64,000 nucleotides of DNA from Candidatus Aenigmatarchaeota archaeon (GCA_018920185.1 JAHLMT010000002.1:91051-155050); one strand, 5' to 3'; counted from the stretch's first letter, positions 36,681 through 46,635 are shown. Translations and numbers: made by a program. Notes: generated by a model from the letters alone, not told the origin.

Positions 36681-38834
36681 TTAAGTGTTAGCTATTGGCG
36701 GTTTGTATCTATTTAGAAGCATAGCATTTCCTACTACAGAAATTGAGCTAGTAGCCATAGCCATAGCGGCATAAATAGGATTCAACAAAATACCAAAGAA
36801 GGGATATAGTAATCCTGCAGCTACTGGAATCAATGCCACATTGTAAAAGAATGCCCAGAAAAGATTCTGTTTCATCTTGTTCACAGTTGCTTTGCTCAAA
36901 TCAATCGCAGTTACAACATCACGCAAATCATTCTTAATCAGCACTATCCCGCCAGTTTCTTTTGCAATATCTGTTCCTGCACCTATAGCGATACCAACAT
37001 CGGCTTGTGCCAACATAGGTGCGTCATTAATACCGTCACCACATGCTGCAACAATTTCTCCTCTTTCCTGTAATTCTTTCACTTTCTTTGCTTTGTCCTG
37101 AGGTAGTACCTGTGCCATTATCTTATCTTCATCAATTCCAATTTGCGATGCAATTGCTTTAGCAGTTCTCTCGTTATCACCAGTAATCATCCAGACTTCT
37201 TTGCCCATTCTCTTTAATTCTTTAACAGCTTCTTTTGAAAATTCTTTTAATGTGTCAGCAATTGCAATCAATCCAACAACTTTTTTATTGTAAACAACTA
37301 TCACAACAGTTTTACCCTCGCTTTCTAGTTTTTGAATTTGTTCTTCAAGATTTTCTGTTTGTATGTTGTTGTCTTTCATGAGTATTCTGTTCCCAACTAA
37401 GACAGTTCTATTCTGATAAGTTGCTTTAATTCCTTTTCCGGCAACAGTTTCGTACGATTTCCCTTCACGCAATGTTAGTTTCATTTCCCTAGCTTTTTTA
37501 ATTATAGCCTGTCCTAACGGGTGTTCCGACCCTTTTTCAGCTAGTGCAGCCAACTCAAGTACATCCTTTTCTGTAGAACCTATTGGAATAACATCAGTAA
37601 CAGAAGGTTCCCCTTTTGTCAATGTTCCGGTCTTGTCAAAAATAATCGATGTTATCTTATGTGTTTTCTCTAAATACTCACCGCTTTTAATTAAAATTCC
37701 ATTCTGCGCACCTTTACCTGCGCCAATCATTATTGCAGACGGTGTAGCGATTCCTAAAGCACATGGACACGCAATTATTAGAACAGAAATCAAGATTGTC
37801 AATGCCAACGGGAATGATAATCCACCCACAAAATACCATAGGATAAATGAACCTATAGCAATCAATATAACAACAGGAACAAAATAAGCTGATACCAAAT
37901 CAGCCATCCTTTGCATGGGTGCTCTACTAGCTATCGCTTCCTGTACCATTTTAACTATTTGTGATAATGTCATCTCAGCTCCAACTCTCGTCGCTTTTAC
38001 TTTCAACAAACCACTTTTGTTAATCGTCGCGCCGATAACCTCGTCACCAACCTTCTTACCAACAGGTATTGACTCACCTGTAATCATTGATTCATCAATC
38101 GAAGAATGACCTTCTACAATAACTCCATCAACAGCTATCTTTTCACCTGGTTTCACAATGAAAATATCACCAACTTTAACTTGTTCAATAGGAATTTGCT
38201 GTTCTTTTCCGTCTCTGATAACAGTTGCTAACTTTGGTTGTAAGTCAATCAGTTTTCTGATAGCTTGCGATGCCCTTCCCTTTACCAAATGTTCAAAATA
38301 TTTTCCAAGTAGAATGAAACCAATAATCAAACCAGATTCTGTAAAATATACTTCTGGTCCGCCAGTTGTAACTTTTGGAAATATCTGTGGCCATAGAATT
38401 CCTTGGAATGTGTAAATAGTACTGTAAATCCATGCGGCTGATGTACCGATGGCGATTAAACTATCCATGTTAGCTTGCTTAGCTTTTATTGCATCAAGAG
38501 TTCCTCTGTAAAACCTCCACCCGCCAATAAACTGCACAGGAGTTGCTAAGAAAAATAGCCAAATGTAGTTAGGTATGTCAAACCATGAAATTTTGTAGAT
38601 ATATTCAAATATTGCTGTAAGTGCTCCCAAACTCAGGCTGAATATTGTGATGTATTTAAGTTTTTTAATTTCTTTTTGTGGTTTTAGGAAAGTATCCAGA
38701 CAATTGTTGCTACAGAAATAATATTTCATTCCATCTTGTTCAGCTTTAAATGGAGTCTTATTTTCATCAACATACATCCCACAGACAATATCTTTTGCCA
38801 CAGACTCTCTCCTCTTACAATTTAACATTCGCAA
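36681..38834 (-). CDS. copA: Cu(I)-translocating P1B ATPase with N-terminal YHS/TRASH domain (probable start GTG 38801)
   Basis: KDIVCGM...[44 protein letters not shown]. Confidence 0.95.
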   Translation of the reverse strand: MRMLNCKRRESVAKDIVCGMYVDENKTPFKAEQDGMKYYFCSNNCLDTFLKPQKEIKKLKYITIFSLSLGALTAIFEYIYKISWFDIPNYIWLFFLATPVQFIGGWRFYRGTLDAIKAKQANMDSLIAIGTSAAWIYSTIYTFQGILWPQIFPKVTTGGPEVYFTESGLIIGFILLGKYFEHLVKGRASQAIRKLIDLQPKLATVIRDGKEQQIPIEQVKVGDIFIVKPGEKIAVDGVIVEGHSSIDESMITGESIPVGKKVGDEVIGATINKSGLLKVKATRVGAEMTLSQIVKMVQEAIASRAPMQRMADLVSAYFVPVVILIAIGSFILWYFVGGLSFPLALTILISVLIIACPCALGIATPSAIMIGAGKGAQNGILIKSGEYLEKTHKITSIIFDKTGTLTKGEPSVTDVIPIGSTEKDVLELAALAEKGSEHPLGQAIIKKAREMKLTLREGKSYETVAGKGIKATYQNRTVLVGNRILMKDNNIQTENLEEQIQKLESEGKTVVIVVYNKKVVGLIAIADTLKEFSKEAVKELKRMGKEVWMITGDNERTAKAIASQIGIDEDKIMAQVLPQDKAKKVKELQERGEIVAACGDGINDAPMLAQADVGIAIGAGTDIAKETGGIVLIKNDLRDVVTAIDLSKATVNKMKQNLFWAFFYNVALIPVAAGLLYPFFGILLNPIYAAMAMATSSISVVGNAMLLNRYKPPIANT

Positions 38835-38857
38835 CGGTAAATAAAAATAGGTAATTA

Positions 38858-39364
38858 CTATCTCAAGCTAGCAAACTTGATTATTATTTCATCACCATCT
38901 TTTATAGTATACTTTTCAAATTCCTCGTTCTCTTTACCATTAACAAACATTCTCAAACTACCGTTACAATAATCAAAAATACATTCACTATCAAATCTCT
39001 TACCCCAGACATCATTAATAAAATATCCGATTGTTAATGTCTCTGGTTTTGCAGAAGGATTTAGATTTTCGATATGCAATTTACCTGTTGAATCATGCGT
39101 GTGGATAGGTGACATGTGCATACCACTTATATGATTGTCAATATTATTACCTGTAGTTATCCCCACACCAGCAGGTATCGGAATTTGTTTGCCATCAATT
39201 AGAATTGTCAATTTTGCATGCCAATGTATATTCTTTGTAAGTAAACTTACATTACCAGTTCTAGAAACAGCAAACAAAGAGTATAAACCGAGTATCAAGC
39301 CAATAGCACCAATTATTGTTACAAAAGTCAGTATCAAAGTTTCATTTCTTTTAGACCCGATCAT
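38858..39364 (-). CDS. Membrane-anchored His-rich exported protein
   Basis: TM; [38 protein letters not shown]. Confidence 0.75.
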   Translation of the reverse strand: MIGSKRNETLILTFVTIIGAIGLILGLYSLFAVSRTGNVSLLTKNIHWHAKLTILIDGKQIPIPAGVGITTGNNIDNHISGMHMSPIHTHDSTGKLHIENLNPSAKPETLTIGYFINDVWGKRFDSECIFDYCNGSLRMFVNGKENEEFEKYTIKDGDEIIIKFASLR

Positions 39365-40155
39365 GTTACATTGACTACCTTATTCTGGGTTAAATCCTTA
39401 TAGGTTCCCATTTGTTCTGTTGCTCTAAACACGTACCAGCCGTCGCTTTCAACTGTGCCCACTTGATTCCATATCCGAGTTAAAGCTGGATATACCGAAA
39501 TATCTGGTGAAAGAATTATAGTAGGAACTTTTGTTATATTATACTTCTTCAATAAATCCTTTCCATTAGAGGAGGATATATCGTAAGTTAACGATTTGTC
39601 TATATAGACCCCAAATCTCGGAAGTATTTGCATATGATTTTCGACGTTATAACATTCTGTGCAGGAATTGTCTGTTATCTTGATTACTTGAACTAGCCCA
39701 ACAACATTTTTTGTCTCCAGACTATAATATGGTGGATACCCACTCACAATTACAACATTTCCAACAAATTCAGCGCCTATATTGTTCCATAAAGGTATCA
39801 CATCATCCTGAAGTGTTTCACCTGTAATTACTAAAGCTGGCAGAACTTTGATATTATTCTTTGATATAAGCTGTTGTGCTTCCTTATTTCCGTATGTGAG
39901 ATTCTTTTCTGTGAGTACTTTCACATTTGTTTGTCTTTTAATAAACGATACAATATTGTTCATATCAAAGCAATTATCACAATCAGTAGTAATTAGAGTC
40001 AGATGTAAGTTTGCTGGTCTTTCCTTTTCAGATTTCAGAGGAGAAATAATTTTACTGGTAATAAATATATTCACACCATACAAAACAATCAGAGCTACTA
40101 TTAGCCCTAAAAATACATTCCTGTATAATCTGTTTTCATCTCTAAGTCTTCTCAA
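39361..40155 (-). CDS. Membrane-anchored protein with two thioredoxin-like CxxC domains
   Basis: CDNCFD...IKVLPAL and CTECYN...ITKVPTI. Confidence 0.75.
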   Translation of the reverse strand: MRRLRDENRLYRNVFLGLIVALIVLYGVNIFITSKIISPLKSEKERPANLHLTLITTDCDNCFDMNNIVSFIKRQTNVKVLTEKNLTYGNKEAQQLISKNNIKVLPALVITGETLQDDVIPLWNNIGAEFVGNVVIVSGYPPYYSLETKNVVGLVQVIKITDNSCTECYNVENHMQILPRFGVYIDKSLTYDISSSNGKDLLKKYNITKVPTIILSPDISVYPALTRIWNQVGTVESDGWYVFRATEQMGTYKDLTQNKVVNVT

Positions 40156-40183
40156 CTAATCTTCCTCATTAAAATTAAAGAAA

Positions 40184-40375
40184 TTATCCGCATCCACCAA
40201 CTTGTGATGCCTGTGATAGTTGAGATAATACACTTGACCCAGTACTTTTCACAGTTGTTGTCGTCGTGACACCGCTGGATATAGCATGTGAGATTGTGAC
40301 TAGTTGAAATGCTTGTATTCCAGCCATCAGTACTAACACACCCATTAGCGCAAGCAACACAACATTTGTATTCAT
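40184..40375 (-). CDS. Small membrane-tethered protein ending in VGGCG
   Basis: AAGGAGGT RBS; TM, Thr/Ser linker, C-terminal GGCG. Confidence 0.7.
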   Translation of the reverse strand: MNTNVVLLALMGVLVLMAGIQAFQLVTISHAISSGVTTTTTVKSTGSSVLSQLSQASQVGGCG

Positions 40376-40436
40376 TTTTAACCTCCTTTTAATTTATTTA
40401 TACTTACTTTAATAAATGTCCTTTACCCCCATATTC

Positions 40437-41840
40437 TCACAATCCTAAATTCTGCAAGTACTGCTTAACTGCATATGAACCCGATATGGATGAATATTGC
40501 TTTCCTGCAATAAGCTCTCTGTCAACATCATTCCAATCTTTGTTTTCTACCAATTTAAAGTATAATGCATCTTGGATGTATGTGGCAGGGAACCAGTACG
40601 AGTTGAATTTAACAAATGCGTCAAATATTTGTTTCTTGTTATATCCTTGTGATGCCATCAACTCAATTAATCCTAGAGCAGCAAATCCGTGAGAACAATC
40701 AGGATGACCTGTAGGATTTCCACAACATGGTCTGTAAGAATTTAATGCAACATACTTTGCAATTTCCTGTTGTTCTGGTGTCAGTTCAATCAACTTAACA
40801 TCTCCATAGCCAGCTCTACCAACTCCAATATCATAATTTTGAAAATACTGAGCGAACGGACTATCATGCAGAATTGGATTATCATTATGTTTCGCCAACG
40901 TCCATAAAATATACATCATGAATACCGCATTCTTAGAGTTGATTGTTAATTTTTCATTCGAGTACTCAGATGTGAGCAATTTCTTTTGCTCTTCAGTTAG
41001 TGGTTGTCCGTATCTTTTCGTCATTATATTGTTTAATTTATCAATATCCAGCACACCGGCTTTAACCATCTTGCTTATAGAATCTTTCCATGTCACATCG
41101 ATAGTAAATCCTTCTTCCGGTAGAACTTGAGAAATTATTTTTTCTAAGTCTAAATTATTTTTATGTTCATCTGTAGCAACTGTAGCTCCTGTAATTCCTG
41201 TGGCAGCAAATACAAATGGCAAAATTTGATAACCAAGAGCAAGAATTGCTAAAATCAGAAAACCAAAGAAAACAAAATTTTGTATTGGAGTTAATGTTCC
41301 ACCGAATATGCTAGTTTCAACTTTTCTTTCTTTCGCAGGTTCAGTTGTACATGCTAGACAAATATTTTCATAAGAATATTTAACAGTTACTACTAAGCCT
41401 AACGTCAATAAAATTAATCCAGCAATCTGTATCCAAAATAAATAAGGAATCAAGGAAACCAAAGGAACTGTTATAAAATTACCGAATACAAGAAAGTTCA
41501 CACCTAAGCATACAGGACAAATTGCACCAAACAATCCAGTAGATACACCAAAGAAAGCTAGACCTCTTGTAAGAGCTTTCTTTTGGATAGAATATTTCGT
41601 CAATGTCACGATTAACGCAGATAAAATTGAAGAAGAGAATATGTAGAAATAATCAAATGCATCAGGCTTAACATCCTTAAAAAATCCTATCTCTAGAATC
41701 GGGACTGTGAAAACACCATAAAAGAACAGATACAAAAGACTGAATGTTATTAACGAAGTTATAAAGAATATCAAATTTCTTCGAGCCACAACGGTAAAGG
41801 TATTTGAAATCACCTTTTTGATATTAGATTCCATTTTCAT
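40437..41840 (-). CDS. Multi-TM protein (CPVC) fused to extracellular domain with RPCCGNP..PDCSHG
   Basis: Five TMs, CPVC, CLAC, then a soluble Cys-cluster domain. Confidence 0.75.
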   Translation of the reverse strand: MKMESNIKKVISNTFTVVARRNLIFFITSLITFSLLYLFFYGVFTVPILEIGFFKDVKPDAFDYFYIFSSSILSALIVTLTKYSIQKKALTRGLAFFGVSTGLFGAICPVCLGVNFLVFGNFITVPLVSLIPYLFWIQIAGLILLTLGLVVTVKYSYENICLACTTEPAKERKVETSIFGGTLTPIQNFVFFGFLILAILALGYQILPFVFAATGITGATVATDEHKNNLDLEKIISQVLPEEGFTIDVTWKDSISKMVKAGVLDIDKLNNIMTKRYGQPLTEEQKKLLTSEYSNEKLTINSKNAVFMMYILWTLAKHNDNPILHDSPFAQYFQNYDIGVGRAGYGDVKLIELTPEQQEIAKYVALNSYRPCCGNPTGHPDCSHGFAALGLIELMASQGYNKKQIFDAFVKFNSYWFPATYIQDALYFKLVENKDWNDVDRELIAGKQYSSISGSYAVKQYLQNLGL

Positions 41841-41877
41841 GATATCCTAAATCTATTTGTTATTTATTAATTATTTT

Positions 41878-42549
41878 CTATCTTCTTAAAACCATACTTC
41901 TACCAGAGTTATCCTTTGCGAAATCTGTGACATTATTCTGTTGTAGTTGGATTTCTTCATCAGTTTCATTACCATAGGTGATCAATATTTTGTCCAAATC
42001 TTTAAAAACGTATTTCTCATATTCAAAATTCTGCTCCCAAGTACCATTCACATGTTTAACAAACATTTTCAAAGTATTAACACCATCGTTACAGTATTTG
42101 TTGTCCTTATTAATTTCAAAACATTTTGAAGTAAGTTTCATCCCTAAGCTGTTGAAGAACATCTTTAACGGAACATTTGTTGCATGCATATGAATCACAC
42201 TTCCGGCTCCAGGTCCTGCCTCAACATGTATATAAGGACTCGCTACATAGTATTGTTCTGGTAATGGTGTGATCTTTTTACCATTCAAGAATATTGCAAA
42301 GTCCGCGTGTATATGTGTTGAACCCAAGGTTCCTATGCTTTCTGTTGTCAGAGCCCAGTAAATTGCATACCCTATTAAACCAAAGATTACGATTGGAATA
42401 ACTATTGCAAAAAGTTTACCTTTTGATATTTTCTTCTTTTCAACTTGACTAACAGCAGAGGCTTGTTTATGTGCATCATTCTTGTGTTGCTTCAACGCTT
42501 CATTAGTTTTGAACTTCCTGTTGCAGATGTCACAAGAAACCTTTTCCAT
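41878..42549 (-). CDS. C2H2 zinc finger + TM + His-rich extracellular domain
   Basis: CDICNRKF...QHKNDAH; HIHADF, IHVE, IHMHA, KDLDKILITYG; paralogous to 38858. Confidence 0.78.
   Translation of the reverse strand: MEKVSCDICNRKFKTNEALKQHKNDAHKQASAVSQVEKKKISKGKLFAIVIPIVIFGLIGYAIYWALTTESIGTLGSTHIHADFAIFLNGKKITPLPEQYYVASPYIHVEAGPGAGSVIHMHATNVPLKMFFNSLGMKLTSKCFEINKDNKYCNDGVNTLKMFVKHVNGTWEQNFEYEKYVFKDLDKILITYGNETDEEIQLQQNNVTDFAKDNSGRSMVLRR
42466..42549 (-). repeat. Direct repeat copy 2 (see 31156-31239)
   Basis: Manual alignment. Confidence 0.9.
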
Positions 42550-42710
42550 AACAATTCTATTAACAATTAATATTTAAATTATAAGCTAGTTCTTTAATTT
42601 GATCTGGTAGATTAGGGGGAAATCCCGAGCTTGAGAACGATTTTATTACTAATCTGCAAAGCAAACAATTATTTTTTCTTCATATAAATCTTGAAAGTAT
42701 TTACCGTCTC

Positions 42711-42817
42711 AGATGAATATTCACGAGAACGCAGAGTGCTATAGAAGACAACAACCTCCTGTCAGGTTCGATTCATCTAATGGAAGCTGTGGTTATCTAG
42801 CCCCACAGAGAAGTCAC
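42711..42817 (+). mobile_element. Orphan IS200/IS605-type end or omegaRNA-like structured element (no transposase or TnpB nearby)
   Basis: Stem AGATGAAT/ATTCATCT, then GGAAG-CTGTGG..TAG..CCACAG-AGAAGTCAC, resembling the subterminal hairpin plus TCAC end; TATA-like ATATAAAT at 42682-42689. Confidence 0.5.
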
Positions 42818-43560
42818 CGAATTTCGGTTAAATAAGAATCTATTACTTGTTTAAATACAGAATATGGTTGTGCACCTACAATTGAGGTATATCCGTCTTT
42901 TGAATTTCCTATAAAAAAGGTAGGCGTACCACTCACACCAACCGCTACCCCATCTTGAAAGTCTTTCTGAACCTCTTGTGCATATTTACCAGAGTCAAGA
43001 CACTGGTTAAACTTCTGCATGTTTAATCCTAATTCAGAAGCCCATTTCTTCAAATCATCGTTAGAGAATTGGACAGTTCCTTGCCCTTGTTTATTCTGTT
43101 CGTCAAATATCTTATTATGCATTTCCCAGAACTTTCCTTGTTCATCGGCGCATTCGGCTGCTTGTGCTGCAGGCGTAGCTCCAGGATGTATAGAATCTAA
43201 AGGAAAGTCACGATAAACAAAATAGACCTTACCTGTTTTAATATATTCCTCTTCCAATTGCGGTAACGTCTGCGTGTAAAATCTTCTACAAAACGGACAT
43301 TGAAAATCAGAAAATTCAATTACAATCACATTAGCATTTTTATCTCCTTTACCAGGATCATCATCAACTGATACCTGAACTTTGGGGGGTTGTTGTTGCT
43401 GTGTAGGTTGAGGCTGGGTTTGTGTAGTTTCCACAGTTTGTCCTGTGAATGACGAAACTCCAAAAACATTACCTAACAAATATCCAATTCCCAAAGCTAG
43501 TACAAGTAGAACTATCATCGATTTTGACAATTCGAAACTTACTTTAATCTTGTCACCCAT
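42814..43560 (-). CDS. dsbA: Membrane-anchored DsbA family oxidoreductase
   Basis: EFSDFQCPFC, RDFPL, AAECADEQGKFW, GVSGTPTF, GAQP. Confidence 0.92.
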   Translation of the reverse strand: MGDKIKVSFELSKSMIVLLVLALGIGYLLGNVFGVSSFTGQTVETTQTQPQPTQQQQPPKVQVSVDDDPGKGDKNANVIVIEFSDFQCPFCRRFYTQTLPQLEEEYIKTGKVYFVYRDFPLDSIHPGATPAAQAAECADEQGKFWEMHNKIFDEQNKQGQGTVQFSNDDLKKWASELGLNMQKFNQCLDSGKYAQEVQKDFQDGVAVGVSGTPTFFIGNSKDGYTSIVGAQPYSVFKQVIDSYLTEIR

Positions 43561-43594
43561 AACTAATTAATAAAATTTGATTTAAATAATTAAC

Positions 43595-44050
43595 ATGAAA
43601 ATAAAAGGTTGGAAAGAACCAAAGAAAACTCCTAAAACAACTATCGATGTGATAATTGAAAAAGGAAATAAAATCGTTTTAGTAAAAAGAGAGATAGAGC
43701 CATTCAAAGGTAAATTAGAACTTCCCGGTGGACATGTTGAATACGGTGAGACTGTTGAAACAGCTGCGATTAGGGAAGCAAAAGAAGAAACAGGACTAAA
43801 AGTTAGACTAAAAGAAATTCTTGGTGTTTATTCTGATGTAAATAGAGATCCAAGGTTCCATACTATTACTACAACATTTATAGCTGAACCAATTTCAGGA
43901 AAATTAAAAGCTAGTTACGAAGGTAAGCCAAAATGGTTTAGTTTGAACGAAATAGATTTTAAAAATTTAGGGTTCGACCATGCAAAAATTTTGAAGGATT
44001 ATCTGAAATGGAAAAAGAAGAGAGGAACCTATTGGTCAACTAAAAGATGA
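43595..44050 (+). CDS. Nudix hydrolase
   Basis: PGGHVEYGETVETAAIREAKEETGL, RDPR, FDH. Confidence 0.92.
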   Translation: MKIKGWKEPKKTPKTTIDVIIEKGNKIVLVKREIEPFKGKLELPGGHVEYGETVETAAIREAKEETGLKVRLKEILGVYSDVNRDPRFHTITTTFIAEPISGKLKASYEGKPKWFSLNEIDFKNLGFDHAKILKDYLKWKKKRGTYWSTKR

Positions 44051-44116
44051 TATCCCATATGGGACATCATAGTTATAGTGTCATACGTATGATAGAGTAT
44101 TCCAGGAATAATCCAT
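44047..44116. repeat. Three consecutive palindromes between convergent genes
   Basis: ATGATATCCCATATGGGACATCAT; TCATACGTATGA; TATTCCAGGAATA. Confidence 0.7.
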
Positions 44117-44125
44117 CTTACCGCT

Positions 44126-44767
44126 TCATTTAAATTTTTCATCAATCTCTTTCTGAATTCTTTTAGCACATCTTTCAGCTACATCTTCTGGGTCGTCTCC
44201 ACCATCTATATACTCTACATGGAACTCATTTACAAGTTCTTGCGGTAGATCGTAATAAACTCTAAGTTCTTCTTCCAAATGCTCAAGAGTTTCAAATTTA
44301 TCGTGATTTCTTTTCTCTAACTGGCTTCGTTTTATAATCTCATTTGCCATAACTTTCAATATCAAAGTCAAATCAGGAATATTTTTATCAAATTTATTAA
44401 TTGTTTTTAACCAACTCAAATCTGTTTTGCCAATCAGGCTCTGATATATGTAGGTTGATAAAAGTGATCTTTCCTGGATAACAACAAAATTTTCTTTCGA
44501 CTCCTTTAAAGGTTTGATGACAGTTTCATAATGATGCAAATGATCTGTTGCATAAGCTAAAGCAAAAACATTTGATGAAACATTATCAGAAGAATTTCTT
44601 AAAATTTTTGTAAAGAAACCTGTAGTTAAAGTGCTGGGAACTTCTGTTCGTTTGAAAATTATATTCCTCTCTTTATTGTTTCTTCTGAGAATTTCGACTA
44701 AAAGATTTGCTATTGTTGATTTACCAGAAAAATCTGGTCCGTCTATGCTAACTACTAAAGCTGGCAT
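44126..44767 (-). CDS. tmk: Thymidylate kinase-like protein
   Basis: DGPDFSGKST, LAYATD, ERSLLSTYIYQ, PDLTLIL. Confidence 0.75.
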   Translation of the reverse strand: MPALVVSIDGPDFSGKSTIANLLVEILRRNNKERNIIFKRTEVPSTLTTGFFTKILRNSSDNVSSNVFALAYATDHLHHYETVIKPLKESKENFVVIQERSLLSTYIYQSLIGKTDLSWLKTINKFDKNIPDLTLILKVMANEIIKRSQLEKRNHDKFETLEHLEEELRVYYDLPQELVNEFHVEYIDGGDDPEDVAERCAKRIQKEIDEKFK

Positions 44768-44801
44768 AATTGTCTATTATTTTGGCTAATAAATAATTTC
44801 T

Positions 44802-45767
44802 TTATTTCTTAACAGTAATTGTCATCTCTGAAGTAGATGGGAGATAACCGTCTCTAATACATGAATGTTGACTCGTTGCAGTAATTTTATAAGTTCCAGG
44901 AGTTTCAGGTAGCCAGTTTATTGAAAAATCTCTAAATTGTTGTATATATTCTCCTCCTTGCACTTCCTTTCGGATTTCAAAATATTTCACAAAATTTCCT
45001 TCTTTCGTAACTACTATCCCTACCTTAAATACAGGAGGGTTAGCGTATCCAGAAATTAAAATCGAAGTATATGGAGTTACCTCTTTTGTATCCGATTTGA
45101 GGACTATCTCTGAAGGTCGACCAAAGCAAATATTTGCAATAACCCCTCTATTTTCGCTATACCGCCGTCTTGATGTGTCGGCTCTAGGCCACCTAATTTC
45201 TGGTTCTAGGAAAGTCACGCCCGGAATAAAGAAATTATAAGAACCAGACTCGCTTGGTTTGAATTTTAATATAACTTCTTTATCTGTTGGTATTTCAGCT
45301 AATGTGAGCATTTCTGTATTTTCTGTGTCAGAGCATCGTCCAAGACCTACACCTGGAACATCTATACAACGTTGTTTACTGTAATTAATTTGTACACGAT
45401 TACCTGGGTATACTTTGCTAGAAACAAATGTGCGAATATTAACTGTTTCACCTATAGGTGCTAATTCAGGCGCTTCAAAAATTAGAACCTTTTCATCATC
45501 TATAAAACAGCGAACTGGATTTTGGTAGTTCCAACTTATTTTAGTAGGTTCACCATCTTGATAGCATTTAAGTTTAGTTATAATAGGGTGAGGTGTAGGT
45601 GTAGGTACAGGAGTCGGGGTTATAGACGGACCACATGCAGTTAAAAATCCTAAAGTACCAGCTAAAGCAATAGGAACAATAAATTTTCCTGCAGTTCTTA
45701 TGCTATCATGATACAATTCTTTTACATATTCCCTGCAAAAATCGAATAAACTCATTAATATTAACAT
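44802..45767 (-). CDS. Hypothetical lipoprotein-like protein with Ig-like domains
   Basis: Lipobox-like FLTAC, PT-repeat linker, PGTYKITA. Confidence 0.6.
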   Translation of the reverse strand: MLILMSLFDFCREYVKELYHDSIRTAGKFIVPIALAGTLGFLTACGPSITPTPVPTPTPHPIITKLKCYQDGEPTKISWNYQNPVRCFIDDEKVLIFEAPELAPIGETVNIRTFVSSKVYPGNRVQINYSKQRCIDVPGVGLGRCSDTENTEMLTLAEIPTDKEVILKFKPSESGSYNFFIPGVTFLEPEIRWPRADTSRRRYSENRGVIANICFGRPSEIVLKSDTKEVTPYTSILISGYANPPVFKVGIVVTKEGNFVKYFEIRKEVQGGEYIQQFRDFSINWLPETPGTYKITATSQHSCIRDGYLPSTSEMTITVKK

Positions 45768-45787
45768 TCAAGAAAAACTATTTAAGT

Positions 45788-46083
45788 TTATCTAAGTATC
45801 TTCTTCATCTTGCTCAAAAATTCTTGAGGTATATCAACATAAATAGCCATATCAGGCGAATAGATATATCTATAATCAGCATCTTCTCTAGATGCCAGGG
45901 CAGCACGGAAATCATTTACATTGATTCTAATTTACCATCTTCATTTAATTGTTCCAAAACTATCCCAACAGCAAGATGTCTCCGTTCTTTCAATCCCAAA
46001 GAAAACAATTCTTTTGAAATGAGTTTTTCATCAACCGAGATTCTTGCCAAATAGCCACTTTCGATAAGTTCGTCAACATTCAT
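45788..46083 (-). pseudogene. HEPN-domain gene with internal deletion and frameshift
   Basis: MNVDELIESGYL...ISKE/LFSLGLKERRHLAV...; second frame VNDFRAALASREDADYRY...EFLSKMKKIL. Confidence 0.65.
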
Positions 46084-46600
46084 TAAATCAGTTTTATTTT
46101 ATCTTTTTCTACATTCGTAGAATGCAGGGTCTTTTCTTGCTAGACTCCATTCAAGTTCGGTGTAACAGCTTGGTTTGACACGTTTCTTCAGTCTCGCTTC
46201 TAATCTTCTATAATTTCTTTTGATTGCTTACCTATAATCAACAAATCTATATCACTCTCTTCCACATCTTCACCTCTTGCTGTACTCCCGTATAAAAATA
46301 CACGTACATTTTCCAACTTAGAAATAGTTTGGAATAACTTTGATAGATTAATCAGAATCTTAAACTGTTTAGCAACAGGAGAATCTAAATTTAATTTGTA
46401 CAGATCCATTCTTCCTCTTGTTATCTTGTTCAATAACTTGAGATTAAACAAAATTCTTAACCGCATGTTTGTGTTCGCTCTTGCTAATTTCAGTTTTATT
46501 CTGACGTCTGTTTCACTATAGTGACTAGTAGGATTTTCTAAGAAAAACACCAATATACCCACAGCTACTCTTCTACCCAATATTTCATTTAATTATACAC
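46083..46600 (-). pseudogene. wHTH + minimal nucleotidyltransferase (MNT) antitoxin, frameshifted
   Basis: FLYGSTARGEDVEESDIDLL; C-terminus continues out of frame (EARLKKRVKP...EWSLARKDPAFYE); no clean start codon. Confidence 0.7.
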
Positions 46601-46635
46601 AATTTCAAGTATTTTTTACATTATGTTTTTGTTAA

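Noticed and set aside
42581-42594. Third copy of the TGAAACTAGTTTCA operator upstream of 42549
   Set aside because: Only 8 of 14 positions match; too weak in AT-rich DNA
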